From: Klebsormidium nitens
Taxonomy: Eukaryota > Plantae > Klebsormidiophyceae
Length of the DNA stretch: 58,702 nucleotides
Reading direction: 5' to 3'
Assembly: GCA_000708835.1 (NCBI GenBank)
Contig: DF237499.1
Coordinates: forward strand, 1-58,702
In this document: positions 34,344 to 46,300 of the stretch, piece after piece
How the letters are laid out: each line of letters starts with the position of its first letter
How positions within the stretch are numbered: the stretch's first letter is position 1
Position numbers and translations under genes: made by a program
The notes under the pieces: generated by a model
The model's input: the letters and a program-made list of their open reading frames with translations, nothing else
The model's database searches: none
What the model was told of the DNA's origin: nothing

Positions 34344-37300
34344 TCAAGGCTTCGGTTTCGCTTTGCCGAATCGAATGGTAAGCTTCAGCGGCCCTTTGTC
34401 CGGCGGCGGCGGTGCTTTCTTTGGCTCCGCACCCGCTTCCATCTTCACTGGGCCCATTTCAACCTCCGGTTTCGGACGACTCGCTTCCTCCTCCAGCAAA
34501 GCGTCCAACGACTTCATCCTCTTTTTGGGCTTCGACCCCCGCTTCTCGTCCCGGTTTTTCTTCCGCTTCCTCTCCCCCTCCCGTTTCTCCCCCTCTTTCT
34601 CGACGCCCTCTGCCCCGTACTGTCCCGTGTCAATAGGCTCTGCCTGATCCTCCAAACCTCTAGCGCCCTCGAGAGAAGCCCCTTTAGTTCCCCTGTCACC
34701 GTCTAGTGTCAATACTTCTCCGCCTCGCTCGTCTTTTACCCGCTTCAATCGCTCTTCCGTGCCCCTCTCTTTTTTGATCCGTATCCGATCGATCTGCGGC
34801 GCTTCCCGTGGTTGCGCTCCTGCCTTTAGCTCTGCCGCTGAAATCTTTTCCCTCTTGTCTCCGCTCACCTTTGCCCGCTTCTCCGCATCATCCTCCCACT
34901 GCCCGTCCCGCAAACCGCCTCCTTCCGTGCTCTCATTTTTCTCTCCCTGTGACTTCCCTGAAGCACCCTTCGCCTCCCTCACCTTCCACTCGCGGCTGAA
35001 CCCAAAGGCCGTCTCCGCAGCCCCTCCCCTCGCCTCCATCGGTCCCCCACTGTTCCCCTTCCCCATCTTTTCCTTCGCTCGGCCTTCTTCCCCGCCAATT
35101 CTTGCTTCCATCTCTACCCCTCCTGCCCCTCTTTTCTTGCCCAGCATCTCCTTCACTCTCCGCAACCGCTCCTGCTTTTTCTTCTCCGCCTCGTCCGGCG
35201 ACCCCAGCCCCCGCGCCTGCGGCCCTTCCAAGTCATCCAAGTCGCCCAAAACGCGTTCGCCCACGTTCGCAAACCCAACTTCCGCTCCTGTTCCGCCCCC
35301 GGCGCTTCCTTCACGCATCCGCCGCCGCTTCCGTTCCTCCTTCGCCGGTGACGGAATCACGTCCCCGATTTCCGCTTCCAGCTCGTCAATATCTGACGTC
35401 AGCTTCCCGAAGTGACTCCCCGAGCCCACGCCCCCATCCCTTCCCCTCTTTCCGAGAACGCTACCTCCTGTTGTGCTCGCGAGCACTCCAGCGTCTGCCA
35501 CGTGTTCCCCGCGCTCAGTCCCCGCCGCACCCTCCTCCCCGGCCCTTGCCTCTGCTTCCCGCTTGACTCTCACCCGTGGTGTTTCCCCTCCGGCTTGGAG
35601 CTCCGATGCACGCAAACCATCGGCAGTGACGTCACCACCGGTCGCCCCAGGCCGCTCATCTTCTGCCGCCCTTTCTTCGCTCTTCCTCACATCCTCCGCC
35701 GTTGATTTCTTTTTATTCAGCGATGCCCTTTCTTCATTTTCTGCAGCGCCCCTTGCTGCGGCCTCCGCCTCCCCCGCCCCCAGGCTCTTCCGTCGTCTCC
35801 TCTCCTCCTTTCGCCTCCGCTTATCCTCCTTTTTCGCCGCCTTCATCCGCTGGTACTCCTCGTCGCTCATCCCCTTGAGCTTGTCCCTACGCTTCTCATC
35901 ATCGCTGCTCTCAGGGCCTTTGCGAGCGGACGGGGTCTGGGCCTGCAGGCACGCCGGCGCGAGGCATGCTCAGTAAATCAGCAGCACGCAATGGTCATCG
36001 CACTGGGCCGAAGGTATACTCAATCCGTGCAATTTTCATTTCAATATGTTCAAATTTCCCGACAAACCAGCAACAGCTCAAGGTTATTGCCACGTCCGGT
36101 TCAAACGGGCAGCCAGTGCAAGATGCTGAGCAGAATGACGGGCAAGGAGCCTGACAAGCTGCGCAAGCAGGGCAAGATAGGGCGGAAAAGGACGGCGAAA
36201 TTCGCTCGGGAAAACGGCAGCTGTCCATTTTTAGCCTCTTCACAGTCGGAGCACCGATCAAGATCTGCCCTCCGGAGGGCAGCAGATCGCGTTCCTAGAC
36301 TTCGTGCCCTCACCTCGGCCGGCGGCTGCTCCGTCTCCGTCTTGACGCCCTTCCAAAGCCTCCCCTGCGAGTCGACCCCCGGGCTCGGCCGCGCACTTTC
36401 CGTCGGCGTCACACCCTTCCCGGGGGGCCCTTTGTCCCCAACTACCACTCCTTTCAGCTTCAGCTTCAGCTTGAAGCCGGGTGCCTTTGCGGGTGCTTCC
36501 TTCGTTGGCAGTAACTCCGCCTTGGGAGTTACTGCAATCACACCGATGTCTGCGGCTTTCTCTCGTTTGACAGGAGTGGCGTCCGGTCCTTGCCCCTCGT
36601 TAACCGTCTTCAAAATTGCTCCCTTTTCAAGGTTCAATTTCAGCCCACTCTTTTTTTTGACGCCCTCAGCCTGCCCAGTACCTTTCACAAGAGCGGTTGG
36701 GGCCCCTTTTTCTTCCCTCGGCTTTGGCCCCTCGACGAATTTCCCAATATCTTTGCGAAGAGGAACTAGACCCCTGACCATTTTAAGTCTCTCAACGTCC
36801 TTCTCTGAAAGCGCTCCCTTCCCAAGGCTCAATTTCAGCCCGCTCTTTTTCTTGCCCCCCTCAACCTGCCCAGTGATCTTCACAGGCACAATCGGCGCCC
36901 CCGTTCCTTCCCCCAGTTCTGGCCCCTCGACGGGCGCCCCCTTCTTTTCTTTCAATCTTGGCCCCTTGAACGACCTTTCGACATCTTTGCGAACGGGCAA
37001 TCGACTTTCCCCTTCAACCCTGACCTCTCCTTCCTCTTCTTCGTCCGCGATTGTCAACACCCGCCCCGGCGCGTCCTTGCTGCGCTTCTGCGCTGCAACC
37101 TCGTCTCCTAAGCCCTTCGGCGACTTGATCTCGCCTTCCTCGGACGGTTCCAGAACCACAGTCTCCACCCGGCCTTCTGCTTTCGTTTCAGGTACCGTGC
37201 CTCCCTCACCCTGCTTCAGCCCCTTGTTTTCGACTCCTTCGCCCCTCTTCTTGTCACCCTTCTTCTTGCCTTTTCCCTTCTTCTGCTTCTTCAACCTCTC

Positions 37301-40300
37301 CTTCTCGTCCCCTTTATGCACCCTCGCTCCACGCTCGCCCTGTGCCTCTGTCCTTTTTTGTTCCCCTTCCCGTTTGGCCGGCACCCCCTCCCCTTCGCTC
37401 TTCTTCTGAAGAACTTTCTCTCCGTCCCCGCTTCCTTTCGCGGCCCGAATCTCCCCTTCTTCCTCCTCTATCTCTCCTTCTTCCTTCGGCTCGTTCCGCT
37501 CCTCTCCAACCTCGGCAACCCCCCTGCTGTCGTTTCCATTTTCCGCCGCCAGCATTGCTTCGATCTGCGCCATCCGCTCGCGCATTGCCGCCTCCTTTGC
37601 CGCCAGTTCCGCCAACGCCGCATCCCCCGGCACCCCCTCCGAAGACAACTCTCTAAGCTTCCCCTCACTCTGCACTGCCATAGCGGGTACCTCTAGAACT
37701 TCCATGCTGCCGTCCTCCGTGTCAGGGGGTGCCCCTTCCCCTTCGCTCGGCCCCCCCGCCTCCGTTTCCACCAAGTTCGCAATCGGCACCAGAGACAGCG
37801 TGCGTGGGACTCGCGCTGTCGCGGAGCGGAACTTGCGGGCGCCCGGCCGCGGTAATTCGATGTGGGGCCGGGGCGGGCCCCCTTCGCCCGGTTCTCCTTC
37901 CACCGAGGCGCTTCGCAGGGGCGTGGACGCCTCTTGGTGTGCCTCGTCCATGTGACCGGGGCCGGCCTCGGGTTGGCTGCTTCTCTCCGTTGCCTGCAGA
38001 ACCCAAGTTTCACGATTCAGGACTCAACTCGCTGAATACTCTATAATGCTTTGCTAGATCGTGATGAACAAACGCAGGCCAAAGACGCAGGGCCAAGCCG
38101 TCTCAACGATGTCATGTAGACAGCTGTCTAGATTGTGCACCGGAAAAAGCTGCCAAACCCTTGCCACCGTCAGCTGAGTTGGACTTCACACGGCGCTGTT
38201 TTGGATTGCTTCCTGCAGGCACGACGTAGGCGACTAGAAAGCTCCGTCTTTGGGGGACCAACCAGTACAGCGCTTTCCTTCACGCAACACTGAAATGGCA
38301 CGGCCATGCTATGCCACAGATCGTCCACAGAGCTGCTCTGGATCCTTAAGCCTCTAGTCGTGTCGCCGATCAACCAAGGCCCGAGCCGACAATCCAAAGT
38401 TTTCAATAGCCCCGTCGTTCGCTTGCGAAGGCCCCCGGTCCGCTCCTTACCTGGGCGCTTCTCTCGGACACGCTCTTCTTTCTGGGCATCGCTTTTCCGG
38501 ACACCGCTGCGGACTCGCTCACCTCCGGACGCTCGACGGCCTGCCGGACGGACGTCCCGGCGCCCTCGGACGCGTCAGGACCCAGCTGGGAGGAGCGCAG
38601 CGGGCCGTGGGACAGCTTCAGACGGACCTTCAGGCTGTCTGCGGACATCAATGATCAAATAGCGAATTAGCGCTAAGTGCCACTTCATTCCAAGACCGTG
38701 CTTTGCGGGGCGTCGGGGATCCGGAAAGGCTTTCAGGACGGCTAGGACCTGTCGTTTGAGCCAGCGGTTGCATACGAAAGAACCCAAAGAAGACGAAGTC
38801 TTGGCAGACAAAATTCTCAATCTCAGCGGCGCGGCACGTGTGCAACTTGAAGATAAAGTACGAGTCGATCCATGTTTTTGGCGCAGACATCAACATGATC
38901 GCGTAACCCCATTCAAGGAAGATTCCCTAGCGAGAAATGGCGCTTTGAGACAATGGATATAGAAGCACACAGCCGAAAGGAGGCGTGGATCCTCCCCATC
39001 CTCACCTTGTGTGGCGGAAGGGGCGGCCATGCCCCCCGGCCTGGGGAGCCGCACGAAAATTTTGGTTCCGTCCGTCTTGGTGGGCTCTGCCACGCTCTCG
39101 GAGCCGGCCCGCCGAATCCGAACAAGCAGGGGCACGTGGCCCTCCTCTTTCCCGGAAGGGGGGGCCGCCGCCTGAGCTTCTGAGGGGGGGGCTTCTGGTT
39201 GTGGGAGGTCGATGCCGTGCGTGGTGTACATGCGGAACAGGGTGGCGGGCCTGCCGGAGAGGGGGGGGAAAAGGGGGAAGGTTAGCGGGAGATTCAGGGG
39301 GCCGATCAGGGAAAGGGGAAGAAATGGAACCGTCTGATGCACGCCCAGGGCATGAGGAGGTCGGTCGCTGAAAGTTGTCCGTGAGATGCTCAGACTTTGG
39401 GCTTTTAGGATTTTAGGGTTTTAGGGTTTTAGGCTTGGAGAAGGACTGCAATTGTGGGCAGAAGTACAAAGTTGACGAGACACGGTGGCTGCAATGAAAG
39501 AGACGACAGAGAAGGGTGCCTTCTTTGAAAAGCAGGGCGAGCTGCATATGTAGGCTGACTCCTTAACTCAAGCCCGTGATGCAACTTACTTGTCAATGCT
39601 TAATTTACACAGCATCTCTGAATTTCTCAAAGTAACTTCCTTAAGGACGTTGTACGCACTCAGACACTCGGAATACGGATCAAGGACACGTGGGAGACTT
39701 AACGTTGGCGGTGGCTGCTGACCTGCCGTGCATCTGTTGGTCCAGCATGAAGGCCACGTGTCGGAGGCGCACGTCCCGCCAGCCCCGCCTGCTGGTCACC
39801 AGGCCTTGCAACCGGCCACCCCCCGCCACCGCGCCGCCCTCAGGGGTAGCCACCCCCTTATGCGAGGCCCACAGCCGGCTGGCGTACGTCAGCAGCTTCG
39901 TCACGACTGCGCAAAAAGGAGCTCCGAAGCCCCGATCAGTCCGCGCCAAAATCTTGGAAGTCGCGGATTGGGCTGAGTCCTCTGTAGAAGGTTCACAGAC
40001 AATGAAAGGGATCCGCTTTGTGAGAGGGCACTTGCTCTTTGGACCTCACAAACTGTACCCTGTCAAACGCTCTCGAGCTGGGAACATAACAAGAAGCTCT
40101 CGAGCCCAACTTTGATAGTTACAAAAGCCTCTTCAAGTAATCTCAGTTGTAGCAGTGCTTTTGTCCCTCCCTCGGATCAATCCCCACGCCTTGCAGGGGT
40201 GTTCTCACCTTTGGCTGGCTCGCGGTTGTCGGCCACCTTGAGTGCCACGTGGAGGGCTGCGGTAGGCCCGTCCCAGCGGTGCTCCAGGTCCATGAGCGAG

Positions 40301-43300
40301 CGGAACGCGGCCACGCGGACCTTGTACACGTGGCGGGCCGACGTGTGCTGCAGCAACAACACCTGAAGGCGCTCCTTCTGCAGAACGGAAACGAGTCTGT
40401 CTGTGATTGGGAAGCAACAACACGATGCATGAGAAGTCACCAAAGTGGAGCTCACTTTCGGCTTGGGCTTCGAAGGAAGCGCCGGAAGGGGAGGGTTGTC
40501 AAAACATTGCTTCTAAGCGATGAGGGCAAACGGCACAGAAGGATACGGACAGGGGTGGGACAACACTACTGCTTGAGACGACGAAGAGACGGGATTTCAG
40601 AGCTACGTCACGAAGCAGCGGGAAGTTCAGGCCCGGTGACTCACTAGGGTTTCGTCCCGCGGCATTTGGCACGCCAGCCTGGCGAGCGTGCGGAGACAGC
40701 TAATAGTCACCACGTGGCCGTGGCTGGGGAGCAACCTGAAAAACATTGCACAGATGTGAGCACTTGGTCTGACAGTCCGACGTAGCGAACGGACTCGCTG
40801 GTGAGAGGGTATCATAGCCCGGGTGTCAACCTACGTTTCTCTACACTGGTGTAAGCACCCTTTCAGACTTCTTTCCATAATTGCGGTCTCCACAGTGTCC
40901 AAGTAGGTAGCCTCACTTTCTCAAATTGGGGACCCGCGCACCTTGTTAAGCATAATCGTATGCGAACATCCAGTATCAGAGAGGACGGTTCGACCTCTCA
41001 GAAACAGGGCACCAAACCCCTGATGTGGAGACTAACCACTCCTTCAGAGATCGTGTCAAGTGAAGCTCACCGGTCGTACTGGAGGTGTTTGTCGAGCTGT
41101 TTCAGGAGTTTGGGCAAGTGCTGCGTGCGCGTCTGCACAGTAACGAGGAAAGTCAGGAGCCTTCACAACGCCTCTAAGACCTTTACTCGGATCTCACAGG
41201 GCACACTGGGGCCAGTCTTTACTGCTAACTCTATGTACGAAGGGCCAAAGAGTGACGTCAGCAGTGGAACGCACTCGAAGACAATGATCCCTGGGCTGAA
41301 GCCCATCAGAGCAACTCGTTGTGTCGGTCTTGCATACGACCATTGCGATGCAATGATGCCTGCAGATAAAGGAGCCACCCAAAACGTCTTTCGCTACGCC
41401 CAACGTCTGCGGTCACAGAGAGACAGTCCGGACAAAGTCTCGCTCAATCGCCAGAGGAGAAGTCTGAGACAGCCCGGTTGCCTGCGCGCACCTGCGGACT
41501 GTACTTGGCCGCGCCAACGGCCTCAATGACAACCGCCAACCAGTTGCCGTCGGAGAAAGCGTTGGCACTATTGTCGTTGTACTGCAGATGAAAAGCAGGT
41601 ATAGATGCTCCTCAAGCTCACTCAGACATGTAGCCCAGAAATCGTGGCCGCGGGACCAAAAGAACCTCTGCGGTGTCACTCATTTTGTTGCCACATGAGC
41701 ACCGGGTCTCTTTCCCGGGTCTCTTTCCCGGGTCTCTTTGTGCGACATATCACAAGATGCTGCAGGCTTGGCAACTCAGAAGTCCGTTACGAGCTGCTCA
41801 AGTAGACTATAGCAGCTCCCACCAATCCTTTCCCTTATCAGCTATATCGCTTTTGACCTCTCCGAAATGCAATAACCCCGATCTAAGAGACGAGCGGTTC
41901 CGTAAGTTCTTTGCGCATTTCATACCTCACGTTCTTCGAGCCTTGGCTTAGAGTTCGATCACACTTCTCGTCAAATGTTATCAGTCTTTTGGCCGCCCAC
42001 CTTGAGCACTTCTAGCAAGAACTCGACCGCCTCGAGCGGCGAGAAGCCGTCACTCCCGCGCACGGAAGCCACGGCCCCAGGGATGGCCTGATCCACGAAG
42101 TAGTCCCGGAAGTCGGAAAAGTCGTTTGGCCTGGAGCCAGAACATCGATGAATCTGTTACCGAATAAAACCTGGGAGGGAGAGGACATTTGCAGATAGCC
42201 TCGGACATTCAACAGTCTCTTAACTGAGGTGAGCCAAGCTCAGCAACAACAACCACTCATTATCTGATGAAAGTCGTCGGTGCAATGACGTATCGGGGCA
42301 GATGCACAGCAAGTGGGAGGGATCGCGTCTGCGTGCCGCGTACTTTGGCTGCTCGACGTCCGGGTCGTACCGCCGGCTGCGGTAAAACTTGAGCAGCATG
42401 TCCAGCCCCGCCCAGTTGGTGCTCTGCGCGAAGCATTGTGACGCTCAGCAAGAGTATACGCTTGCCAAACGCGTCCAACTCGAGTGCGGTAACTCACTGA
42501 GCAGAAGAAGGAGGCGTTCAACCGAGTGGCGACTATGAGCCAACACGACAAGGAGGGGCTTCCCGTCCAATCGTTTCTCGTCTACCGTACGAGGCGGTTC
42601 GAAGTCCAGGTGTGGCCCGCTCCTGAGCAGATTGGGTTGCTACTGAACGGGGTCACCTAGCAGTGGACTTCCTGACAGCGTTGACAAGCACGCATACGTT
42701 TTGCAACCTGCGGCCTGTCCAGCATACTTTCAGAGTAACCCTCTAAGCAAGCTGTGCTTCACTTGCCTCCTTGGCCGTTCGACCGAGGGCTCTGGCCGCC
42801 TCCGCTCTCACGTGGCAGTACACCTGCAAAGCAGCAGAGAGAAGAATCCGTATTGACACTCGAAGTAAGCACTTCTCACATCGTAGTCTTACGGTTTTCA
42901 GAGGGACTGCGTATCGACTACCAAATGACGTATCCGTTAGGGTCCTTGGTTCGGTGTCAGAAGCACACACAAAGACCGAGCTCCGTCACAAGGCGTTTTC
43001 TACAGGCGTTCATGGGCAGTAAACGTTCACAACTGTATCAATCATCGATGCAAGGCCTTACTAATCCGCAGGTTTAGATGGCAGGTCGTTTTATCCCGGA
43101 ACTCACCCGGCCGTCTGCCAAGCAATTGTTGAGCGCATTCATGGCTGCGAAGGTCGGCCGGGGCAGAGCCCCGAGCGCCGTGATCGCCTCCACCTGAGCC
43201 ACCACGTCTCGGTCCTTCTCCAGCTGGGCAATCTGCGAGGCAGGTTCTCAATCATGTGTGACTCTGGGCTCCAGAGTTTGCTTCCTGGTCGACCTTCCTC

Positions 43301-46300
43301 CCAACCCTCCTTTTTGACCTGCTGCTACCGTTCTTTTCATAAGCGAGAAACAATAAATTGGATTAAAGATGCTCTTGGCTCTGTATCCGGCATGGACCCA
43401 CGCCCAATTTCGCTCGGCCGTGACAGCTGGCGCTCCACCTGTCTGACAAGGTCTGCCTGACCCAGATCGGTCTCCCTGTTTTTGCATCTAAACCTGAAGT
43501 ATTGTTGAAGTTTTTCGAAAACTGCGTGTAGAATCAAGGCGGACGACTCCAGTACTCACCCACATATGCTCCGTCTGATGAACGTGCAGCTCGGCAAGAA
43601 CGTCCAGGTCCGGGTTGACGCGCACCCACACCACCGCAGAGTCCACGCTGCGCACAAGCAAAACACCAAGGGGTTACAAAGGCTGACCTGAAATACGAAA
43701 CATTGAAAGGCTGAAGGAGCGGTATATCGAGAAAGCGGTGTAAATGGAAGATACATTTTGGCACCAGATAGACCTGATGTTCCTCAAGTCTCTAAAACGA
43801 AGCGGAAGCTTGGAGTGTTTCCCCACGCTTCTACAACGAGTGTCGCATACACCGCAGATACAGCTCAGCTGGTTGCATACAGCTCGATTGATTCTGCACA
43901 ATAAAGCCGAATGTAAACAAGTGGATTGAAGCGTTTCCTTCAGTCAAGATTAGGACCCTCAAAACGATTCCAAATCCAACAATCTCCTCACTTGTGTTCC
44001 CGCGCCCCGTTAGCCGCACCAGCCAGCACCTTGAGCGGCCCCCCGAGCTCTCCGTCTTCCTCAATTTCTGCGGGCGCCCCCTTCTTCTTCTGACCGTACT
44101 TCCCTTTGCGCTTGGTGGGTTTGCCCTCCTTGGCGATGAGCTTCTTGGCGGCCGTCAGCTTGGAGTGGCACTGCAGCTCCGCCTTGTCAAATGGGTCGCC
44201 CGACAGCGCCACCAGGTGGTCGAAGCTGCCGTCCAGCTCCTGAAGAACATCGGGCATAAGCGACGGCTCGGTTGTGAGAGATTGCTTTGGTTGGTTTGCA
44301 CCAACCGTGTACCTTTGACAGTGTCGGATACTGAGACGCTTGTAAAATCCAACGGGACCACCCTGCGGTTACAACTACATGCCCGCACGTACTATGCTTA
44401 GAGATGCCGCAATCAAGCAACGCTTTACGAAACTGCAGAAACTTATGGGGGTGAGAATGACCAAGCGCAGTGAGCATTTCAACGTCCTTTGCTTCACTTC
44501 TCAAACGTCGCAGGCAGAGTATGCTGCCAACCAACAGCGCCCTGAAGAAAGACAACAAGATCCCAAGCGAAGTAAGGAGACATCCGAAGAAGATCCCTAC
44601 GGCCTTACAAAACGGGTGTCCGTTGACAATTTGGCATCTGTGTGAGACACCACACCTGCACGCGGATGGGCAGCGACCCTGGCCAGCCGCTTTCGGGGTT
44701 GATGTCGCTCAAGTCGCTGGACTTTGCGCCACTGGATGCAGCCAGTACGGCGGGATCGGCGGAAGCGGTGGCAGTCCGCACGAGAGCCACCTCCAGCAAG
44801 TTGCGTCGCCGGATGTAATTGAAGGCGACACTGCAAAGGAGAGACAAGCGTTGAAGCAGCCAACGGGAAGGTGCGTTTAGCATCTGAAGAGCACTAGTAG
44901 GAGCACTTTTGGTGGCCAAATGGATTCTGAGAACATAGGAAGGTTCGAACGTAAGCACTTCTCGACGCACCAAGGTTTTCAGCTTGGCGCGCGTCACCGC
45001 ATAGAAGCACTAGGAGGTAGAAGAAGAGCAAGTTGCTTGTAAGATTGTTCACCGGAGTTGACCTGCAAGTAGAAGCGCGGCGATACCTGATGCGTGGACA
45101 GCCGGGAGACTTGACCCATCGCGCAAAGAACTCTTTGAGCGCGCGCTTGTCCTGGCCGCCGACCTTCCGCAAAATGGCCTGGAACTGCGAAAGAAGGGAG
45201 CAGGGCAGCTGTTGAAAACACGTGAACAGAAGGCAAAAGGCTCGGGCAGTTTCAAACCAAGAAATGAGCCGAAACGGCCAGATGCGGAAGGAAGCATATA
45301 TCCAGTCGTCCGGCTGCCAATTGTCACTTTACAAACCCCTGGAGCATCTTTCCTTTTCAACTTGCAGCCCCCGTGGACTCTCCGACTGTCTGGGGGAATC
45401 CATGGCGACACGAGAACAAAGGAAAAGCTGTGGCACGAAGGAGACCGCTAACGACTCGTACTGTTGGCGTGAGTGGATTTTCACAGCCTGGCTCTGCACT
45501 AGGTGCTCACGTCTCGAGTGGTGACAGCTCGCCCTGGCCGGCGCCCGTCCCTGGCCTGGGTCACCAGCTCCTGGATGCACTGCCGAAGGAAGTACGAAAG
45601 TTCTCAATAACAAAGCCTTTAACATGCATCTTGATTGTGGAGACCAAGGTCTATCTCCATCTTTTGGAAGTGCACAGCAGCCGACTCAGGCCGTGTGCTT
45701 TTGGAGCTGCGCTCAGCATAGTGCGCTAGAGAAAAAGAACGGTGCATCGTCAACCAGAGTGAAAGAGCGAGTCAATCTTCTCACAAGGGAGAACAACATC
45801 AACTCGAAGAGCGTCTCGGACAGAAGTCACTTCGCAACCTGGCGGCGTGACGATGCAGGAAAAGATTGATTGATTTGTTCCGCAGCGGACGCGCTCACCT
45901 TTTTGAAGCCGTCCGGCCCGACCTGCTTTTCCAGCATTGCCAGCACGGCCTTCTGCACGGCAGACGTCATGCTGCGCTCAGCAAAAGCACTGACCGCAAC
46001 CGCGGGCCTTTGCATTCATCTGACTCCCATTGGCTACGCTCTACCCTTTGTAGCAGAAATGAAGGCCCACAAAACCAACAGCCTTTCAAACAAACCTCGA
46101 CAATCTCCTATTCGGAAGGATGTTTGTTTCGGACGCAAGCATGCAAACTAAGATGGTTTTCTGAGTTACCAAAACCGAATCATCCATTCTGCACTACTGC
46201 CTCTCACAATCTTGACAGCCACCGGGCGGACGATCCCCAGAAACCACAAAGCTTTACTTACCGCCTTCCAAGTCCGAACGCTGCTCCTCTCGAGCTCCTC

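Noticed and set aside
34020-37409. Long plus-strand ORFs (e.g. 35991-37409, 34759-35415, 34020-34706) rich in S/P/F/L
   Set aside because: They are antisense shadows of the purine-rich K/E/G-coding TAF2 tail.
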